From the IMG/VR virus record IMGVR_UViG_3300008255_000458, positions 1 to 24,684 of that record: a stretch of 24,684 nucleotides of DNA; one strand, 5' to 3'. The position numbers and the translations under genes are program-made. Position 1 is the first letter of the stretch; the number at the start of each line of letters is the position of its first letter. Source of the DNA: a virus. Taxonomy: Duplodnaviria; Caudoviricetes. Positions 23,984 to 24,684 of the stretch are shown here, one piece after another. The notes under the pieces were generated by a model. It searched no databases, was not told the DNA's origin, and worked only from the letters and a program-made list of their open reading frames with translations.

Positions 23984-24239
23984 CGGGCGTTACGCCCAGC
24001 GCATCGCAAAGGTGCGCGACTTCGGTTTGCAGGGCGCACAGTACGCCCTCATCGCATGGCAGGCAACCGGATAGCCGATAGCCCGCCTCTGCCTTCGCCA
24101 GCCTGTCCAGCAGGCCATCGACGTAGGCGAGCAGCGCCTCTCGAATTTCATCGTCCGTATACGTCGCGGCGGGCCGCCCGGCGCGGATGCTGGTAGCCCA
24201 CTTCCGCAGGGCAGCAGGCATGTCGGGGGTGTAGCTCAT
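23967..24239 (-). CDS. Hypothetical protein (90 aa)
   Basis: GAGGAG SD; ATGA coupling. Confidence 0.6.
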   Translation of the reverse strand: MSYTPDMPAALRKWATSIRAGRPAATYTDDEIREALLAYVDGLLDRLAKAEAGYRLSGCLPCDEGVLCALQTEVAHLCDALGVTPEGVKE

Positions 24240-24581
24240 ACATTCTCCTCGCCCTGTTCGGGCTGCAATTCGGGTTCGACGTGTGGAAGATCGGCGGGCC
24301 AGCCGGGGAATAGTTCTGCGAATGTTTCGGAATCAATCCACATACCGCCGGTCATTTCATAGCCAGCGCCTGACTCGCGCCAATTCCCCTGTTCAAGAAC
24401 CTCACGCAATCCTTGCACCAGCATTTTGGCTACATATGCTTCTGTGTTGCCTTTGCAGTCGGGACATTCAACCCACTGCCCGCTCGTCACATCGCCATTG
24501 TTGTAGCAGCGTCCGGGGTAATCCGGATCGCAGGTATTGCAGGTATAGTTGCTCATACATTCTCCTTGCCCTGTTCGGGCT
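24234..24581. repeat. 31-bp direct repeat with 1 mismatch (minus strand AGCCCGAACAGGGCRAGGAGAATGTATGAGC) at 24234-24264 and 24551-24581
   Basis: Read directly; contains gene end, SD and start. Confidence 0.85.
24236..24556 (-). CDS. Hypothetical protein with a zinc-finger (CNTC...CPDCKG), 106 aa
   Basis: AAGGAG SD; DnaJ-like Cys pattern. Confidence 0.6.
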   Translation of the reverse strand: MSNYTCNTCDPDYPGRCYNNGDVTSGQWVECPDCKGNTEAYVAKMLVQGLREVLEQGNWRESGAGYEMTGGMWIDSETFAELFPGWPADLPHVEPELQPEQGEENV

Positions 24582-24684
24582 TCCGCTGATACGTTACGCC
24601 ATTCACGGTGATCTCGTCGGGGCAGCCGTGTGCAACAGGGGCAACATCAATCCCGGTGATTTCTTTGAAAATCGCCGCGTCAAA
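24553..24684 (-). CDS. 3' end of a gene cut by the window edge (FDAAIFKEITGIDV...), resembling the C-terminus of phage pentapeptide-repeat proteins
   Basis: Open frame of 44 codons ending in a TGA that overlaps the next ATG. Confidence 0.55.
   Translation of the reverse strand, partial: FDAAIFKEITGIDVAPVAHGCPDEITVNGVTYQRKPEQGKENV

Noticed and set aside
1-24684. Numerous plus-strand ORFs in the track
   Set aside because: They are antisense shadows of coherent, translationally coupled minus-strand genes and show no recognisable motifs
1-24684. Genome-wide TGA reassignment (code 4/25)
   Set aside because: TGA ends many genes in ATGA/TGATG overlaps; only one long gene is interrupted
1-24684. 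CRISPR array, DGR, integrase, IS element or tRNA genes
   Set aside because: No periodic repeat-spacer pattern, RT/recombinase/transposase motifs or cloverleafs seen

Overview
This window is the packaging, morphogenesis and lysis region of a tailed dsDNA phage or prophage (siphovirus-like, HK97-type head), encoded almost entirely on the minus strand. Reading right to left: a run of small accessory genes joined by repeated RBS/start 'boundary' sequences; TerS; a structured intergenic region and an acidic moron-like gene; TerL; a portal fused to a Mu gpF-like domain; prohead protease; major capsid; decoration protein; neck genes; tail tube; a frameshifted tail chaperone; tape measure; Dit-like, hub and fibre genes; and a holin/amidase lysis cassette. 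The most striking signal is a single in-frame UGA (8186-8188) inside the tape measure gene. It is followed 11 nt downstream by a hairpin with an AGGU loop that resembles the bacterial SECIS, and it lies 9 codons after a Cys. This suggests a selenocysteine-containing tape measure protein. Other notable items are two H-type pseudoknot RNAs between TerS and TerL, TATAAT boxes built on stop codons, a signal-peptide-bearing fibre-like gene in the neck module, a split LL-H-like holin and a tandem paralogue pair before the tail tube. All protein family calls come from motif recognition and gene order; no database searches or folding computations were run.
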